41,685 bases of DNA from Actinomycetota bacterium. Lineage in GTDB: Bacteria; Actinomycetota; CADDZG01; WHSQ01. A model generated the notes under the pieces. The model saw nothing but the letters and a program-made list of their open reading frames with translations. It was not told the origin of the DNA and made no database searches. The stretch covers positions 1-41,685 of the forward strand of contig JBOGWZ010000001.1 in NCBI GenBank assembly GCA_050694075.1. Direction: 5' to 3'. A program made the position numbers and the translations under genes. Every line of letters starts with the position of its first letter. Position 1 is the first letter of the stretch. Positions 8,178 to 20,497 of the stretch are shown piece by piece.

Positions 8178-11100
8178 ATGCTTGACGTCAATTACTTCGA
8201 CGAACTAAGGATCGGGCTCGCCACCGGCGACCAGATCCGCGCATGGTCCAACGGCGAGGTCAAGAAGCCGGAGACCATCAACTACCGCACTCTCAAGCCG
8301 GAGAAGGACGGGCTCTTCTGCGAGAAGATCTTCGGCCCGACCAAGGACTGGGAGTGCTACTGCGGCAAGTACAAGCGCGTGCGGTTCAAGGGAATCATCT
8401 GCGAGCGCTGCGGGGTCGAGGTCACGCGCGCCAAGGTGCGGCGCGAGCGGATGGGCCACATCGAACTGGCCGCACCCGTCACCCACATCTGGTACTTCAA
8501 GGGCGTTCCCAGCCGCCTCGGATACCTGCTCGACATCCCACCGAAGGAGCTCGAGAAGGTCATCTACTTCGCCGCGTCGATCGTCACCTACATAGATGAG
8601 GCCAAGCGCCACAAGGATCTGCCGGTGCTCGAGGAGGAGATCTCGAAGGAGGTCGCGCGCCTCGAGTCGCGGCGCGACCAGAGGGTCGACGAGATCCTCA
8701 AAGAGCTCGAGGAGAAACTCGAGGAGATGGAGTCGCGCAAGGCCCGCTCTTCGGAGAAGACCGCCGCGCGCAATCAGGCAGAGCGTCAGCAGCGGGACAT
8801 GCGCGAGCGCACCGAGACCGAGGTGGATCTCGTCAGGCGCGCCTTCGAGACCTTTAGGGACCTGAAGATCCGCCAGATCGTCGACGACGAGATCCTGTGG
8901 CGGGAAGTGAAGGACCGTTACGGCGACTACTTCCGCGGCGGCATGGGGGCCGAGTCGGTTAAGGAGCTGCTGGCGGCGCTCGATCTCTCCGCCGAGGCCG
9001 AGGCGCTGAAGGAGATGATCCGCACCGCGAAGGGCCAGAAGCGCCAGCGCGCCATCAAGCGCCTCAAGGTGATCGCGCCGTTCACCGATCCCAACACCAA
9101 GAACTCGCCCATGGGGATGGTGCTGGATTGCGTCCCCGTGATCCCACCCGACCTGCGCCCGATGGTGCAGCTCGACGGGGGCAGGTTCGCGACCTCAGAC
9201 CTCAACGACCTCTATCGGCGGGTGATCAACCGCAACAACCGGCTGAAGAGGCTTCTCGACCTGGGGGCGCCGGAGATCATCGTGAACAACGAGAAGCGCA
9301 TGCTTCAGGAGGCGGTCGACGCGCTCTTCGACAATGGGCGTCGCGGTCGTCCGGTAACGGGCCCGGGGAACCGGCCTCTCAAGTCCCTGTCCGACATGCT
9401 CAAGGGGAAGCAGGGACGGTTCCGCCAGAACCTGCTCGGAAAGCGCGTCGACTACTCGGGGCGTTCCGTCATCGTGTCCGGTCCGAAGCTCAGGCTTCAC
9501 CAGTGCGGGCTGCCAAAGCAGATGGCGCTCGAGCTCTTCAAGCCGTTCGTGATGAAGCGGTTGGTGGATCTTGGCTTCGCTCAGAACATCAAGTCCGCCA
9601 AGCGAATGGTCGAGCGGTCCCGCCCGCACGTTTGGGACGTGCTCGAAGAGATCATCCATGAGCATCCCGTGCTGCTTAACCGCGCGCCGACGTTGCACCG
9701 ACTCGGCATCCAGGCGTTCGAGCCCGTGCTGGTAGAGGGCAAGGCGATCCAGATCCACCCACTCGTGTGCGTTGCATACAACGCCGACTTCGACGGCGAC
9801 CAGATGGCGGTGCACGTGCCGCTGTCCTCGGAGGCGCAGGCCGAGGCCCGCATCCTCATGCTCAGCGCGCACAACGTGCTGTCGCCGGCGCATGGAGATC
9901 CCATCGTTACACCCACTCAAGACATGATCCTCGGCACCTACTACTTGACCGTGGCGCGCGACGGTGAGGTCGGCGAAGGCCGCGTGTTCTCCTCCGCAGA
10001 CGAACTGCTGATGGCATACGACGCCAAGGCCGTCGCGATCCATGCCAAGGTGAAGGTACGGGGGCTCAAGCGCTTCGAGGAGGAGCCCGTCGAGGAGTAC
10101 GAGGCGAATCCGAATCGTCTGATGGAGACGACGGTGGGCCGAGTGATCCTCAATCGGTGCTTCCCGGAGGACTTCCCGTTCCAGAACTCGATGGTCAAGA
10201 AGAGGGAGCTGTCCGCCCTCGTCGACCGCTGCGCCCGCATCTACGGCAAGAAGGAGCTCGCGCAGGTCCTCGACGCCGTCAAGGACACCGGCTTTAGCTG
10301 GGCGAGTAAGGCGGGCGTGACGATCGGGCTCCAGGACGTGACCACGCCCAAGGAGAAGGCAAAGATCCTCGCCGAGCACGAGAAGCGTGGGGAGAAGGTC
10401 GAGCAGCAGTATCGCAAGGGTGTGATCACCGAACGGGAGCGCCGTCAGGAGCTGGTCGAGATCTGGACCGAGGCGACCGACAAGGTGAAGGACGCGATGG
10501 AGGCCGGCTTCGACGAGCTCAACCCCATCTACATGATGGCGAACTCGGGTGCCCGAGGGAACATCATGCAGATCCGTCAGATCGCGGGCATGCGCGGCCT
10601 CGTGGCCAACCCACGCGGAGAGATAATCCCGCGGCCTATCCGGTCGAACTTCCGCGAGGGCCTGACGGTGCTCGAGTACTTCATATCGACGCACGGCGCT
10701 CGCAAGGGTCTCGCCGACACGGCGCTCAGGACGGCCGACTCCGGATATCTCACTCGTCGTCTCGTCGACGTCGCGCAGGAGATCATCGTGCGCGGGGAAG
10801 ACTGTGGTACCGACAGGGGCATCCGCTTGGACCTGCAGAAGGAGAAGCCCTTCCTCAAGCAGAAACTGCTGGCCCGCGCCCTGCTCGAGGACGCGATCGA
10901 CCCGAAGGGCAAGGTCGTCGCCCCCGCCAACGCCGAGATGACCCCCGAAGTCGTCAAACAGATCGAAGAGGCGGGGGTCGAAGAGGTCGTCGTACGTTCC
11001 GTGCTGAACTGCGAGGCGCGCTACGGCGTCTGCCAGAAATGCTACGGGGTCTCACTCGCGACCGGACAGGTCGTCGAGCTCGGCGAGGCCGTTGGGATCA

Positions 11101-12083
11101 TCGCCGCACAGTCCATCGGCGAGCCCGGAACCCAGCTCACTATGCGCACGTTCCACACCGGTGGTGTCGCAGGTGAGGACATCACTCACGGTCTCCCTCG
11201 TGTCGTCGAGCTCTTCGAGGCGCGTGAGCCGAAGGGTAAGGCGGAGATCGCCAAGGCGACCGGAACGGTACAGATCACCGAGGATCAGCGGACTCGCACG
11301 ATCGAGCTCGTTCCCGAAGACGGCTCCGATGCGATCGCGTACAAGGTGCCCGCACACGCTCGACTGCGGGTCCGCGCCGGCGACCAGGTGCAGGCCGGCG
11401 ATGCCCTCACCGAGGGCTCGAGGCACCCGGAGGAGGTCCTCTCGGTACAAGGACAGCGTGAGGTGCAGCGCTACCTCGTGGACGAGGTCCAGAAGGTGTA
11501 TCGGAGCCAGGGCGTACCGATCCACGACAAGCACATCGAGCTGATCGTTCGCCAGATGCTGAGGCGAGTCGAGGTCGTCGAGCCCGGCGATACCGAGCTC
11601 CTGCCGGGTGACCTGGTCGATGCCCGCGGCTTCGCCGACGCCAACGAGCAGGTGCTGGCCGACGGGAACGAGCCGGCCTCGGCCCGCCCGAAGCTCCAGG
11701 GCATTACCCGCGCGTCGCTCACCACCGACTCGTGGTTGTCGGCGGCGAGCTTCCAGGAGACGACGCGGGTCCTGACCGAGGCCGCGATTCGCGGCAAGCG
11801 GGATCCGCTGCTCGGACTCAAGGAGAACGTCATCATCGGCAAGCTGATCCCTGCCGGGACGGGGATGTCCCGCTACCGGTCTATCCGGATCACGACGGCC
11901 GGGGAGCCCTCGATCACCGACGAGGAGGCGCGGGCCATGTTCGGTCTGCCGCCCCGCGAGGAGATCGGCCAGGAGGCGGCCGAGGCCGCCCGGGAGCTGC
12001 TCGGCGGGGTGGGCCTGCAAGCGGTGCCGACGCCGTCGGGCGACGGCCAGTCCGAAGAAGACGAAGAAGCCGCAGCCGAGTAA
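8178..12083 (+). CDS. rpoC: DNA-directed RNA polymerase subunit beta'
   Basis: [38 protein letters not shown], a Zn motif [23 protein letters not shown] and the catalytic [18 protein letters not shown] 8178 is in frame with track ORF 7857-12083, whose 5' part overlaps rpoB. Acidic C-terminal tail. Confidence 0.96.
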   Translation: MLDVNYFDELRIGLATGDQIRAWSNGEVKKPETINYRTLKPEKDGLFCEKIFGPTKDWECYCGKYKRVRFKGIICERCGVEVTRAKVRRERMGHIELAAPVTHIWYFKGVPSRLGYLLDIPPKELEKVIYFAASIVTYIDEAKRHKDLPVLEEEISKEVARLESRRDQRVDEILKELEEKLEEMESRKARSSEKTAARNQAERQQRDMRERTETEVDLVRRAFETFRDLKIRQIVDDEILWREVKDRYGDYFRGGMGAESVKELLAALDLSAEAEALKEMIRTAKGQKRQRAIKRLKVIAPFTDPNTKNSPMGMVLDCVPVIPPDLRPMVQLDGGRFATSDLNDLYRRVINRNNRLKRLLDLGAPEIIVNNEKRMLQEAVDALFDNGRRGRPVTGPGNRPLKSLSDMLKGKQGRFRQNLLGKRVDYSGRSVIVSGPKLRLHQCGLPKQMALELFKPFVMKRLVDLGFAQNIKSAKRMVERSRPHVWDVLEEIIHEHPVLLNRAPTLHRLGIQAFEPVLVEGKAIQIHPLVCVAYNADFDGDQMAVHVPLSSEAQAEARILMLSAHNVLSPAHGDPIVTPTQDMILGTYYLTVARDGEVGEGRVFSSADELLMAYDAKAVAIHAKVKVRGLKRFEEEPVEEYEANPNRLMETTVGRVILNRCFPEDFPFQNSMVKKRELSALVDRCARIYGKKELAQVLDAVKDTGFSWASKAGVTIGLQDVTTPKEKAKILAEHEKRGEKVEQQYRKGVITERERRQELVEIWTEATDKVKDAMEAGFDELNPIYMMANSGARGNIMQIRQIAGMRGLVANPRGEIIPRPIRSNFREGLTVLEYFISTHGARKGLADTALRTADSGYLTRRLVDVAQEIIVRGEDCGTDRGIRLDLQKEKPFLKQKLLARALLEDAIDPKGKVVAPANAEMTPEVVKQIEEAGVEEVVVRSVLNCEARYGVCQKCYGVSLATGQVVELGEAVGIIAAQSIGEPGTQLTMRTFHTGGVAGEDITHGLPRVVELFEAREPKGKAEIAKATGTVQITEDQRTRTIELVPEDGSDAIAYKVPAHARLRVRAGDQVQAGDALTEGSRHPEEVLSVQGQREVQRYLVDEVQKVYRSQGVPIHDKHIELIVRQMLRRVEVVEPGDTELLPGDLVDARGFADANEQVLADGNEPASARPKLQGITRASLTTDSWLSAASFQETTRVLTEAAIRGKRDPLLGLKENVIIGKLIPAGTGMSRYRSIRITTAGEPSITDEEARAMFGLPPREEIGQEAAEAARELLGGVGLQAVPTPSGDGQSEEDEEAAAE

Positions 12084-12105
12084 GGCGGCATTCAGGAGAC
12101 GTGGA

Positions 12106-12131
12106 GGTGGCCGCCTTTCTGGGCGGCCGCC
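12106..12131 (+). terminator. Terminator-like GC hairpin after rpoC (no U-tract)
   Basis: ggccgcc (12109-12115) / ggcggcc (12122-12128) with loop tttctg. It can be extended to about 10 bp with one G.U pair. Confidence 0.35.
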
Positions 12132-12276
12132 GACCGCCTGCGAGTCGAGGGTTTCGTTGGACCGTTAGGCGGCGAGGAGCGCCGTCGCCCGAGGCACCCT
12201 GGTCTTGACGGTTTCGGGTCCGAGGGCGATGCGTGCGACGCAGCCGCCCGGCTAGCCGATGCTCGAGCGAGCCCGT

Positions 12277-12305
12277 TTGACCGCCTACTACGGGAGGAGT
12301 ACCCT
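12277..12305 (+). promoter_or_regulatory. Promoter-like element in the rpoC-rpsL spacer (TTGACC-17-TACCCT)
   Basis: -35 at 12277-12282, 17-nt spacer, -10 at 12300-12305. It would give a leader of about 280 nt for rpsL. Confidence 0.25.
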
Positions 12306-12587
12306 TGCTGGTCGCGCCCCCAGGGGGCGCGCAGTCGCGTTGCGCAGGTCCAAATGCGCAAGCGAGCGAGGACTTGTACCCGAGTCCGGTGAGCCTCGGT
12401 AGGCCCTCTTCTGAGGGAACCGCCGCGGTCGGGGTTCCATCGCCGGACGCCTCCCGAGAGGACAACCCGGGCTGTTTCGTGCCGCCCGGACCCTATCTCT
12501 CGGGCGGGGCAAAAACGGTCCGTGAGATGGGTACGGGCCCATAGAGGTGAGGTAGTCGATTCCGACCGGAGGTCGGAAAGGAGAAAC

Positions 12588-12962
12588 GTGCCGACCGTTC
12601 AGCAACTGGTACGCCAGGGGCGCAAGGCCAAGAAAGAGAAGTCGAAGTCGCCGGCGCTGCGGGGATCGCCGCAGCGGAGGGGGGTGTGCACCCGCGTCTA
12701 CACGACCACGCCCAAGAAGCCCAACTCGGCTCTTCGCAAGGTCGCTCGCGTCCGCCTCACCTCTGCGATCGAGGTCACCGCATACATCCCCGGCATCGGT
12801 CACAACCTTCAGGAGCACTCGATCGTGCTCGTGCGCGGGGGCCGGGTGAAGGACCTTCCCGGAGTGCGCTACAAGATCGTTCGCGCGGCCCTGGACACCG
12901 CGGGCGTGCGTGATCGCACTAAGGCTCGCTCAAAGTACGGCGCCAAGAAGGCGGGTGCCTGA
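12588..12962 (+). CDS. rpsL: 30S ribosomal protein S12
   Basis: [12 protein letters not shown].., [16 protein letters not shown]. 124 aa from in-frame GTG 12588, after AAGGAG (12578-12583). The track ORF start at 12522 is an over-extension. Confidence 0.95.
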   Translation: MPTVQQLVRQGRKAKKEKSKSPALRGSPQRRGVCTRVYTTTPKKPNSALRKVARVRLTSAIEVTAYIPGIGHNLQEHSIVLVRGGRVKDLPGVRYKIVRAALDTAGVRDRTKARSKYGAKKAGA

Positions 12963-13432
12963 TGCCTAGACGCGGGCCTGCGTCCCGCCGTGAGCTCCAG
13001 CCGGATCCGGTCTACGGCTCGCTGCTCGTTACCCAGATCCAGAACCGGATCATGAACGACGGTAAGAGAACTCTGTCCGAGAAGATCGTTTACGACGCGC
13101 TGACCAAGGTGGGGGAGAGGGCCGGCAAGGACCCGATCCCGATCCTCAAGAAGGCGGTGGACAACGTGAAGCCGCTTCTAGAGGTGCGCTCGAGGCGCGT
13201 CGGAGGAGCGACCTACCAGGTTCCCGTGGAAGTCCAGCCCCGCCGGGGCACGACGCTCGCGATCCGGTGGCTCGTCGGCTACGCGCGCCAGCGCAAGGGA
13301 GCCACGATGTCCGACCGTCTCGCCGGCGAGATCCTCGATGCCTCGGGCGGCACCGGCTCTTCGGTAAAACGGCGGGAGGACATGCACAAGATGGCCGAGG
13401 CGAACAAGGCGTTCGCCCACTACAGGTGGTAA
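12962..13432 (+). CDS. rpsG: 30S ribosomal protein S7
   Basis: 156 aa. [18 protein letters not shown].., ..[19 protein letters not shown]... TGATG overlap with rpsL. Confidence 0.95.
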   Translation: MPRRGPASRRELQPDPVYGSLLVTQIQNRIMNDGKRTLSEKIVYDALTKVGERAGKDPIPILKKAVDNVKPLLEVRSRRVGGATYQVPVEVQPRRGTTLAIRWLVGYARQRKGATMSDRLAGEILDASGGTGSSVKRREDMHKMAEANKAFAHYRW

Positions 13433-13440
13433 AGCTAGCC

Positions 13441-15612
13441 ATGGCAGAAGCAGCGCAGAAACCCAAGCAGCAGGACCGGCCCGACCTCCGCGAGGTGAAG
13501 GGGGGCAAGGGGCTCGCCGCGCGCGAGTACCCGCTTAGCCGCACTCGGAACATCGGGATCATGGCCCACATCGACGCGGGCAAGACGACCACCACCGAAC
13601 GCATCCTTTACTACACCGGCAAGACCTACAAGATCGGTGAGGTGCACGAGGGCGCCGCGGTCATGGACTGGATGGTCCAAGAGCAGGAGCGCGGCATCAC
13701 GATCACGTCGGCGGCCACCACGTGCAACTGGAAGGGCTACTGGATCAACATCATCGACACGCCCGGACACGTGGACTTCACGGTGGAGGTCGAACGCTCC
13801 CTTCGCGTCCTCGACGGCGCGATCGCTGTGTTCGACGCGGTAGCGGGTGTGGAGCCTCAGTCCGAGACCGTGTGGCGTCAGGCCGATCGTTACCGAGTGC
13901 CTCGGATCTGCTTCGTCAACAAGATGGACCGCACCGGCGCCGACTTCTTCCGCACCGTGCAGATGATCGAGGATCGCCTCAACGGTCACCCCGTCGTCTT
14001 GCAGCTCCCCATCGGCAAGGAAGCGGATTTCCACGGGGTCGTAGACCTGGTGGCCATGGTCGCCCACTACTGGCCGTCGGAGGGCTTCGGGGAACAGTGG
14101 GAAGACCGCGAGATCCCCGAGGAACTCAAGGACCAAGCCGATCGATACCGACACGACCTCATCGAGTCGCTGGCCGACCACGATGAGCGGGTCATGGAGG
14201 CCTACGTCGCCGAGAGAGAGCCGGACATTGAGTTGCTGCGCAAAGCGATCCGGCGCGCCACCATCACCGGTGAAGTCACCCCCGTGCTATGTGGGTCGGC
14301 GTTCAAGAACAAGGCCGTACAGCCCCTGCTCGACTCGATCACCTGGTATCTGCCGTCCCCAGCCGATCTGCCCCCATACGAGGGCACGCATCCCGCCACC
14401 GGCGAGTCGATCGAACGGAGGCCCGAGGACCACGAATCATTCTCGGCCCTCGCGTTCAAGATCATGAGCGACCCCCACGTGGGCCGGCTCACGTATCTCC
14501 GCGTCTACTCGGGCACGCTGAAATCCGGCGATTCCGTGAGCAACTCGACGCGCGATCGCAAAGAGCGCATAGGGCGCATCCTTCAGATGCACGCGAATCA
14601 CCGTGAAGACAAGGAGGCGGTGTTCGCAGGTGACATCGTGGCGGTCGTTGGACTGAAGCACACGCTCACCGGCGATACCTTGTGCGACCCCAGCCAGCCG
14701 GTCCTGCTCGAACAGATGAGCTTCCCGGCCCCCGTGATCGACGTCGCTATCGAGCCGAAATCGAAGGCCGACTCCGAGAAGCTGGGAAACGCGCTGCAGA
14801 AGCTCTCCGAGGAAGACCCCACGTTCCGGGTACACACCGACGAGGACACGGGACAGACGATCATCTCCGGGATGGGGGAGCTTCATCTGGAAGTGCTCGT
14901 CGACCGGCTCGTGCGTGAGTTCAAGGTCGGCGCCAATGTCGGGCGACCCCAGGTCGCCTACCGCGAGACGATCCGCAACCCGGTTGAGAAGGTCGAGACG
15001 CGCTACGTGAAGCAGACCGGAGGTAAAGGTCAGTATGGGCACGTGGTGATCGCGCTCGAGCCGACGGGCCCCGGCGGCGGCTATGAGTTCATCAACAAGA
15101 TCACCGGCGGGAAGATCCCAACCGAGTACATCCCGGCCGTCGACCAGGGGGTGCAGGAGGCGATGGCCTCAGGCGTTCTCGCCGGCTATCCCGTGGTCGA
15201 CGTAAGAGTGACGCTTACGGACGGCAGCTACCACGAGGTGGACTCGTCGGAGATGGCGTTCAAGATCACGGGCTCCATCGCGTTCAAGGAGGCAGCCCGG
15301 AGGGCGAAGCCGGTGTTGCTCGAGCCCATCATGGATGTCGAGGTGGTTACGCCCGAGGAGCACATGGGCGACGTGATCGGAGACCTATCGGCCCGGCGCG
15401 GACGCGTCGAGGCGATGGACCAGCGCGGGAGCGACCGCATCGTGCGGGCCCAGGTGCCATTGGCCGAGATGTTCGGCTACGCGACCGAGTTGCGCAGTCG
15501 TACCCAAGGGCGCGCCACTTACTCGATGCAGTTCAACTCCTATCAAGCAGTTCCGCAGTCGAAATCCGATGAGATCGTAGCGACGGTTCGCGGGGAACCG
15601 GTCGGGAAGTAG
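13441..15612 (+). CDS. fusA: Elongation factor G
   Basis: [26 protein letters not shown] and [18 protein letters not shown] 13441 is in frame. This gives a ~25-aa N-terminal extension over typical EF-G, so the start is uncertain (an in-frame GTG about 50 nt downstream is possible). Confidence 0.93.
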   Translation: MAEAAQKPKQQDRPDLREVKGGKGLAAREYPLSRTRNIGIMAHIDAGKTTTTERILYYTGKTYKIGEVHEGAAVMDWMVQEQERGITITSAATTCNWKGYWINIIDTPGHVDFTVEVERSLRVLDGAIAVFDAVAGVEPQSETVWRQADRYRVPRICFVNKMDRTGADFFRTVQMIEDRLNGHPVVLQLPIGKEADFHGVVDLVAMVAHYWPSEGFGEQWEDREIPEELKDQADRYRHDLIESLADHDERVMEAYVAEREPDIELLRKAIRRATITGEVTPVLCGSAFKNKAVQPLLDSITWYLPSPADLPPYEGTHPATGESIERRPEDHESFSALAFKIMSDPHVGRLTYLRVYSGTLKSGDSVSNSTRDRKERIGRILQMHANHREDKEAVFAGDIVAVVGLKHTLTGDTLCDPSQPVLLEQMSFPAPVIDVAIEPKSKADSEKLGNALQKLSEEDPTFRVHTDEDTGQTIISGMGELHLEVLVDRLVREFKVGANVGRPQVAYRETIRNPVEKVETRYVKQTGGKGQYGHVVIALEPTGPGGGYEFINKITGGKIPTEYIPAVDQGVQEAMASGVLAGYPVVDVRVTLTDGSYHEVDSSEMAFKITGSIAFKEAARRAKPVLLEPIMDVEVVTPEEHMGDVIGDLSARRGRVEAMDQRGSDRIVRAQVPLAEMFGYATELRSRTQGRATYSMQFNSYQAVPQSKSDEIVATVRGEPVGK

Positions 15613-15629
15613 GAGGAAGGGAGAAGGCG

Positions 15630-16817
15630 ATGGCCAAGCCAAAGTTCGAGCGCACCAAGCCTCACCTCAACGTTGGAACCATGGGTCACATCGACCATGG
15701 AAAGACCACGTTGACCGCGGCTATCACGAAGGTTCTCGCCGAACAGAACCCGAACGTCCAGTTCACGTCCTTCGAGCAGATCGACAACGCGCCGGAGGAG
15801 AAGGAGCGTGGGATCACGATCGCGATCTCGCACATCGAGTACGAGACGGAGAACCGCCATTACGCCCACGTCGACATGCCCGGGCACGCCGACTACATCA
15901 AGAACATGATCACTGGCGCCGCCCAGGTCGACGGAGCGATCCTCGTGGTCTCTGCGGCCGATGGGCCGATGCCCCAGACGCGTGAGCACGTACTGCTGGC
16001 GCGCCAAGTGAACGTTCCGTACATCGTGGTCGCGCTCAACAAGGTGGACATGGTCGACGATCCCGAGCTGCTCGACCTCGTGGAGCTCGAGGTGCGGGAG
16101 CTGCTCACCGAGTACGAGTTCCCCGGGGACGACGTTCCGGTCGTCCGCATATCCGCGCTCAAGGCGCTCGACGGCGACGCGGATGCTCAGCAGCAGGTTG
16201 TGGAGTTGATGGCGGCGGTGGACGAGTACATACCGGAACCGGTGCGCGAAACCGAGAAGCCGTTCCTGATGCCGATCGAGGACGTGTTCTCGATCACCGG
16301 TCGAGGGACGGTCGTGACCGGGCGCGTCGAGCAGGGCCGTCTGAAGCTAGGCGACGAGATCGAGATCGTCGGGATCCAGGACACCCAGAAGACCGTCGTG
16401 ACGGGCATCGAGATGTTTCGCAAGATGCTCGACGAAGCGGTCGCCGGCGACAACGCCGGCATCCTGCTGCGGGGCACCAAGAAGGAAGACGTGCAGCGGG
16501 GCCAGGTGCTCTGCACGCCCGGCTCGATCACTCCGCACACCAAGTTCCAGTCACAGGTCTACGTCCTTTCCAAGGAAGAGGGCGGTCGGCACACGCCGTT
16601 CTTCAATAACTACCGGCCGCAGTTCTACTTCCGGACGACGGACGTGACCGGGTCGATCCAGCTGCCCGACGGAACCGAGATGGTCATGCCGGGCGACAAC
16701 ACGGAGATGACCGTTGAGCTGATCCAGCCCATCGCGATGGACGAGGGACTCCGGTTCGCCATCCGCGAGGGCGGGCGCACGGTGGGCGCCGGCCGGGTCA
16801 CAAAGATCATCGCGTAG
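15630..16817 (+). CDS. tuf: Elongation factor Tu
   Basis: 395 aa. [26 protein letters not shown] and [15 protein letters not shown]. Confidence 0.97.
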   Translation: MAKPKFERTKPHLNVGTMGHIDHGKTTLTAAITKVLAEQNPNVQFTSFEQIDNAPEEKERGITIAISHIEYETENRHYAHVDMPGHADYIKNMITGAAQVDGAILVVSAADGPMPQTREHVLLARQVNVPYIVVALNKVDMVDDPELLDLVELEVRELLTEYEFPGDDVPVVRISALKALDGDADAQQQVVELMAAVDEYIPEPVRETEKPFLMPIEDVFSITGRGTVVTGRVEQGRLKLGDEIEIVGIQDTQKTVVTGIEMFRKMLDEAVAGDNAGILLRGTKKEDVQRGQVLCTPGSITPHTKFQSQVYVLSKEEGGRHTPFFNNYRPQFYFRTTDVTGSIQLPDGTEMVMPGDNTEMTVELIQPIAMDEGLRFAIREGGRTVGAGRVTKIIA

Positions 16818-16840
16818 CGGCAGGAAGGAAAGGTTCTCGC

Positions 16841-17152
16841 GTGGCGCAGGGGATGAAGATCCGGATCAGGCTGAAGGCCTATGACCACCAGGTCATCGAT
16901 CAGTCGGCGAAAAAAATCGTCGAGACGGTGACCCGTACGGGCGCGAGCGTCAACGGCCCGATCCCGCTCCCGACGGAACGCAGCATCTATACGGTCATCC
17001 GCTCGCCACACAAGGACAAGGACAGTCGCGAACATTTCGAGATGCGTACGCACAAGAGATTGCTAGACATCGTCAACCCGACGGCGAAGACGGTCGACTC
17101 GCTTCAACGACTCGACTTACCCGCCGGCGTGGACATCGAACTGAAGCTGTAG
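16841..17152 (+). CDS. rpsJ: 30S ribosomal protein S10
   Basis: [29 protein letters not shown]... GTG start only 23 nt after tuf. Confidence 0.95.
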   Translation: MAQGMKIRIRLKAYDHQVIDQSAKKIVETVTRTGASVNGPIPLPTERSIYTVIRSPHKDKDSREHFEMRTHKRLLDIVNPTAKTVDSLQRLDLPAGVDIELKL

Positions 17153-17178
17153 GCGGAGAGGAAGAGGGGATTCATAAG

Positions 17179-17829
17179 GTGGGAGAGGTCAAAGGGATCC
17201 TCGGTCGCAAGATCGGGATGACCCAGGTCTTCGACGAGAACGGGCGGGCGATTCCCGTGACCGTGCTCGAAGCCGGGCCCTGCCTCGTCGCGCAGGTGAA
17301 GAAGCCCGAGATTGACGGCTATTCGGCGATACAGCTCGCCTTCGGTGGCGCGCGCAAGGTGAACAAGCCGCTGGCGGGACACTTCGCCAAGGCCGGGATC
17401 GACGGGACGCGCCACCTCGCAGAGCTTCGTCTGGACGAGCTCGGTGAGTTCGAGCCCGGGGCCGAGATCAAGGCAGACGTCTTCGTGGAAGGTGAGTTGG
17501 TCGACGTCATCGGCGTCACAAAGGGCAAAGGCTTCGCCGGACCGATGAAGCGACACCACTTCCACGGTCTGTCGGCAAGCCACGGCACCGAGCGGAAGCA
17601 TCGCTCGCCCGGTGCGATCGGCGCGTGCGCGACCCCCGCGCGTGTTTTCAAGGGCACGAAGATGGCCGGTCATATGGGTCACCACCGCGTAACGACCCTG
17701 AACCTCAGAGTGATCAAGGCCGATCCCGAGCGCAACCTGCTCCTCCTAAGGGGGGCCGTGCCCGGTCCCAAGGGTGGGCTCGTCCTCGTGCGTTCGGCCG
17801 TGCGGCTGCGGCAGAGGAAAGCGAGTTAG
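17179..17829 (+). CDS. rplC: 50S ribosomal protein L3
   Basis: [31 protein letters not shown]... S10-operon order. Confidence 0.95.
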   Translation: MGEVKGILGRKIGMTQVFDENGRAIPVTVLEAGPCLVAQVKKPEIDGYSAIQLAFGGARKVNKPLAGHFAKAGIDGTRHLAELRLDELGEFEPGAEIKADVFVEGELVDVIGVTKGKGFAGPMKRHHFHGLSASHGTERKHRSPGAIGACATPARVFKGTKMAGHMGHHRVTTLNLRVIKADPERNLLLLRGAVPGPKGGLVLVRSAVRLRQRKAS

Positions 17830-17831
17830 AC

Positions 17832-18458
17832 ATGGGCAAGGCCGCGGTCTTCGATACCAACGGCAAAAAGGTGCGGGACACGGATCTCCCCGAGGAATTC
17901 TTCGGTGGGGAAGTCAATGTGGCCCTCATGCACCAGGTGGTCACCGCGCAACTCGCCGCGGCGCGCTCCGGCACCGCGTCCACGAAGACGCGCTCTGAGG
18001 CGCGGGGCGGTGGAGCCAAGCCTTGGCGTCAGAAGGGCACCGGCCGCGCCCGGCACGGTTCCATACGCAGCCCGATCTGGGTCGGCGGGGGCACCGTTTT
18101 CGGCCCCAAGCCGCGTGATTACTCGATGCACGTGAACAGGAAGATGAAGAAGGGCGCGCTGCGTTCCGCCCTGGCAGACAAGGCTGGGGCCGGCAACGTC
18201 TTCATTCTGGACGGTTTCAAAGAGCAAAAGACGAAGGCTGCCGCGAACTGGCTCAAGGCCGCGGACCTCGCGGGACGCATTCTCTTGGTGCTCGATCCTG
18301 AAGACGAGCAGTCGCGTACGGTGGATAAAGCCTTCCGTAATCTCAAGAAGGTTGCATTCGCCCTCCACGGCTCCCTCGCTACCTACGACGTGCTGGTGGC
18401 CGACGCCGTCGTATTCACCAAGAGCGCGTATCAGCGATTCACTGGAGGTGACAAGTAG
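17832..18458 (+). CDS. rplD: 50S ribosomal protein L4
   Basis: ..[33 protein letters not shown]... ATG 17832 is in frame with the over-extended track ORF 17625-18458. Confidence 0.94.
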   Translation: MGKAAVFDTNGKKVRDTDLPEEFFGGEVNVALMHQVVTAQLAAARSGTASTKTRSEARGGGAKPWRQKGTGRARHGSIRSPIWVGGGTVFGPKPRDYSMHVNRKMKKGALRSALADKAGAGNVFILDGFKEQKTKAAANWLKAADLAGRILLVLDPEDEQSRTVDKAFRNLKKVAFALHGSLATYDVLVADAVVFTKSAYQRFTGGDK

Positions 18459-18460
18459 CG

Positions 18461-18763
18461 ATGGGCAGCACGAAGATGGATCCCAGGGAAGTCGTGCGAG
18501 CTCCCGTCGTGAGCGAGAAGTCGTATTCGCTGCTGGACGAAAATTGGTACACGTTCCTCGTCCATCCGGACGCGAACAAGACGGAGATCAAGCAGGCCGT
18601 CGAGCAGATCTGGGAAGTGAAGGTCGTCCGAGTGAACACCGTCAGCCGCAAGGGCAAGAAAAAGCGGTTCAGGTTCACTCAAGGTCGCCGGTCCGACACG
18701 AAGAGGGCCGTCGTGAAGCTGGCCGAGGGCGACAAGATCGAGATATTCGAGCAGCAAGTCTAA
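18461..18763 (+). CDS. rplW: 50S ribosomal protein L23
   Basis: [37 protein letters not shown]... The ATG 15 nt downstream is an alternative start. Confidence 0.93.
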   Translation: MGSTKMDPREVVRAPVVSEKSYSLLDENWYTFLVHPDANKTEIKQAVEQIWEVKVVRVNTVSRKGKKKRFRFTQGRRSDTKRAVVKLAEGDKIEIFEQQV

Positions 18764-18773
18764 GGAGAGCCGT

Positions 18774-19610
18774 ATGCCGGTACGCAAGTCGAAACCAACA
18801 TCCTCGGGGCGGAGGTTCCAGAGCTATCCGGACTTCGCCGAGGTCACTCGGTCGGAGCCGGAGAAGTCGCTTCTCGACCCCAAGCCCAAGAAGGGCGGCC
18901 GTAATACCTACGGCCGCATCACGACGCGCCACCGCGGAGGGGGCAACAAGAACCGTTATCGCGTGATCGACTTCCGGCGCGACAAGGACGGAGTTGTGGC
19001 CAAGGTGGCACACATCGAGTACGACCCCAACCGGAACGCGCGCATCGCGTTGCTCCACTACCGAGATGGCGAGAAGCGTTACATCCTCCTGCCCAATCGG
19101 GTGAAGGTAGGGGATGTTGTCGAATCCGGCCCCCGTTCGGAGATCCGGCCCGGCAACGCTCTTCCCCTACGCAACATCCCGGTCGGCACGGTCGTGCACA
19201 ACGTCGAGCTGAAGCCGGGGGCGGGCGGAAAGATGGCGCGCTCCGCCGGTTCCTCCGTGCAACTAGTGGCCAAGGAACGCGACACGGCAACGCTGCGCCT
19301 TCCATCCGGAGAAGTGCGGATGGTCCCGATGGATTGCCGAGCGACCGTTGGAGAGGTCGGCAATGCCGAGGCGGAGCTCGTCTCGCTCGGCAAGGCCGGG
19401 AGGGCGCGACACAAAGGCCGCCGACCCTCGGTGCGCGGTGTGGCGATGAACCCGGTGGACCACCCTCTTGGGGGCGGAGAGGGGAAGGCATCGGGTGGGC
19501 GCCACCCCGTCAGCCCGTGGGGGAAGAAAGAGGGACGCACCCGTAAGAAGAACAAGACGTCGGATCGTCTGATCCTTCGCCGGCGCGGCAAGGGCAGGGG
19601 TAGTCGCTGA
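18774..19610 (+). CDS. rplB: 50S ribosomal protein L2
   Basis: 278 aa. ..[26 protein letters not shown].., ..[17 protein letters not shown]... Confidence 0.96.
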   Translation: MPVRKSKPTSSGRRFQSYPDFAEVTRSEPEKSLLDPKPKKGGRNTYGRITTRHRGGGNKNRYRVIDFRRDKDGVVAKVAHIEYDPNRNARIALLHYRDGEKRYILLPNRVKVGDVVESGPRSEIRPGNALPLRNIPVGTVVHNVELKPGAGGKMARSAGSSVQLVAKERDTATLRLPSGEVRMVPMDCRATVGEVGNAEAELVSLGKAGRARHKGRRPSVRGVAMNPVDHPLGGGEGKASGGRHPVSPWGKKEGRTRKKNKTSDRLILRRRGKGRGSR

Positions 19611-19894
19611 TGCCTAGAAGCCTGAAGAAGGGTCCGTTTGTCGACGAGCACTTGCTGGTGAGGGTGCTCGAGATGAACCGTCGCAACGAGAAGCGTGTAC
19701 TGAAGACGTGGTCGCGGCGCTCCACGATCATCCCGGAGATGGTCGGACACACAATCGCCGTGCACGACGGCCGAAGGCACGTCCCGGTGTACGTCACCGA
19801 AACGATGGTGGGCCACAAGCTTGGTGAGTTCGCGCCGACCCGCGCGTTTCGTAGCCACGGCGGGCCGTCCGAGAGATCAACGAAAGTGAAATAG
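19610..19894 (+). CDS. rpsS: 30S ribosomal protein S19
   Basis: [46 protein letters not shown]. Confidence 0.96.
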   Translation: MPRSLKKGPFVDEHLLVRVLEMNRRNEKRVLKTWSRRSTIIPEMVGHTIAVHDGRRHVPVYVTETMVGHKLGEFAPTRAFRSHGGPSERSTKVK

Positions 19895-19897
19895 GTC

Positions 19898-20497
19898 ATG
19901 GCTACGAGGATTTCTCCCGGTGCTCAAGAGGCCCTCGCCACGGCGAGGTTCATACGGATGTCGCCGACCAAGGCGCGCCAGGTGGTGGATCTGATCAGAG
20001 GCCGCCACGTCGACGACGCTCGCCGGGTGCTCGCCTTCACCCAGCGCGGCGCGGCCCGCACCGTGATCAAGGTGCTCAACTCGGCGATCGCGAACGCGGA
20101 GCACAATCGCAGCCTGCCCGCGGACGAGCTCGTCGTGTCGAGGGCCTGGGTGGATGAGGGGCCGACGCTTCGGCGGTTCCGTCCCAGGGCGTTGGGTCGT
20201 GCGACGCGCATCCGAAAGCGCACCTGCCATATCTCCGTGGTCGTCGCGCGCCCTGAGGAGGAGATCCTCGAAGTCGCCGAAGCCCCGAGGGCGGGCAGGT
20301 CGAGGAAGTCGACTCGTCCCAAGACCAGGGCCGAGCAGGCCACACGTCGCAAGAGGGGCGCGAAGAAGACGACCGCGAAGAAAACAACCGCGAAGAAGAC
20401 GACCGCTAAGAAACCAACGAAGAAGACAACCGCGAAGAAGTCCACGGCGAAGAAGACGACCGCCAGAAAGAGGACCAGAAGGAAGAAGGAAGAGTAG
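19898..20497 (+). CDS. rplV: 50S ribosomal protein L22 with a ~80-aa basic K/T/A repeat tail
   Basis: Core: ARFIRMSPTKARQVVDLIRGRHVDDARRVLAF..RAWVDEGPTLRRFRPRALGRATRIRKRTCHISVVV. Tail: ..AKKTTAKKTTAKKTTAKKPTKKTTAKKSTAKKTTARK... Confidence 0.93.
   Translation: MATRISPGAQEALATARFIRMSPTKARQVVDLIRGRHVDDARRVLAFTQRGAARTVIKVLNSAIANAEHNRSLPADELVVSRAWVDEGPTLRRFRPRALGRATRIRKRTCHISVVVARPEEEILEVAEAPRAGRSRKSTRPKTRAEQATRRKRGAKKTTAKKTTAKKTTAKKPTKKTTAKKSTAKKTTARKRTRRKKEE
20360..20476 (+). repeat. Degenerate tandem 15-bp coding repeat (gcgaagaagacgacc), about 8 units, encoding AKKTT
   Basis: Read directly. In frame within the rplV 3' end. Confidence 0.85.

Noticed and set aside
12305-12544. 79-aa ORF inside the rpoC-rpsL spacer.
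   Set aside because: It has no SD, a Pro/Gly/Ser-rich composition, no recognisable domain, and no resemblance to the L7Ae-like protein found at this position in Firmicutes. The region is treated as non-coding.
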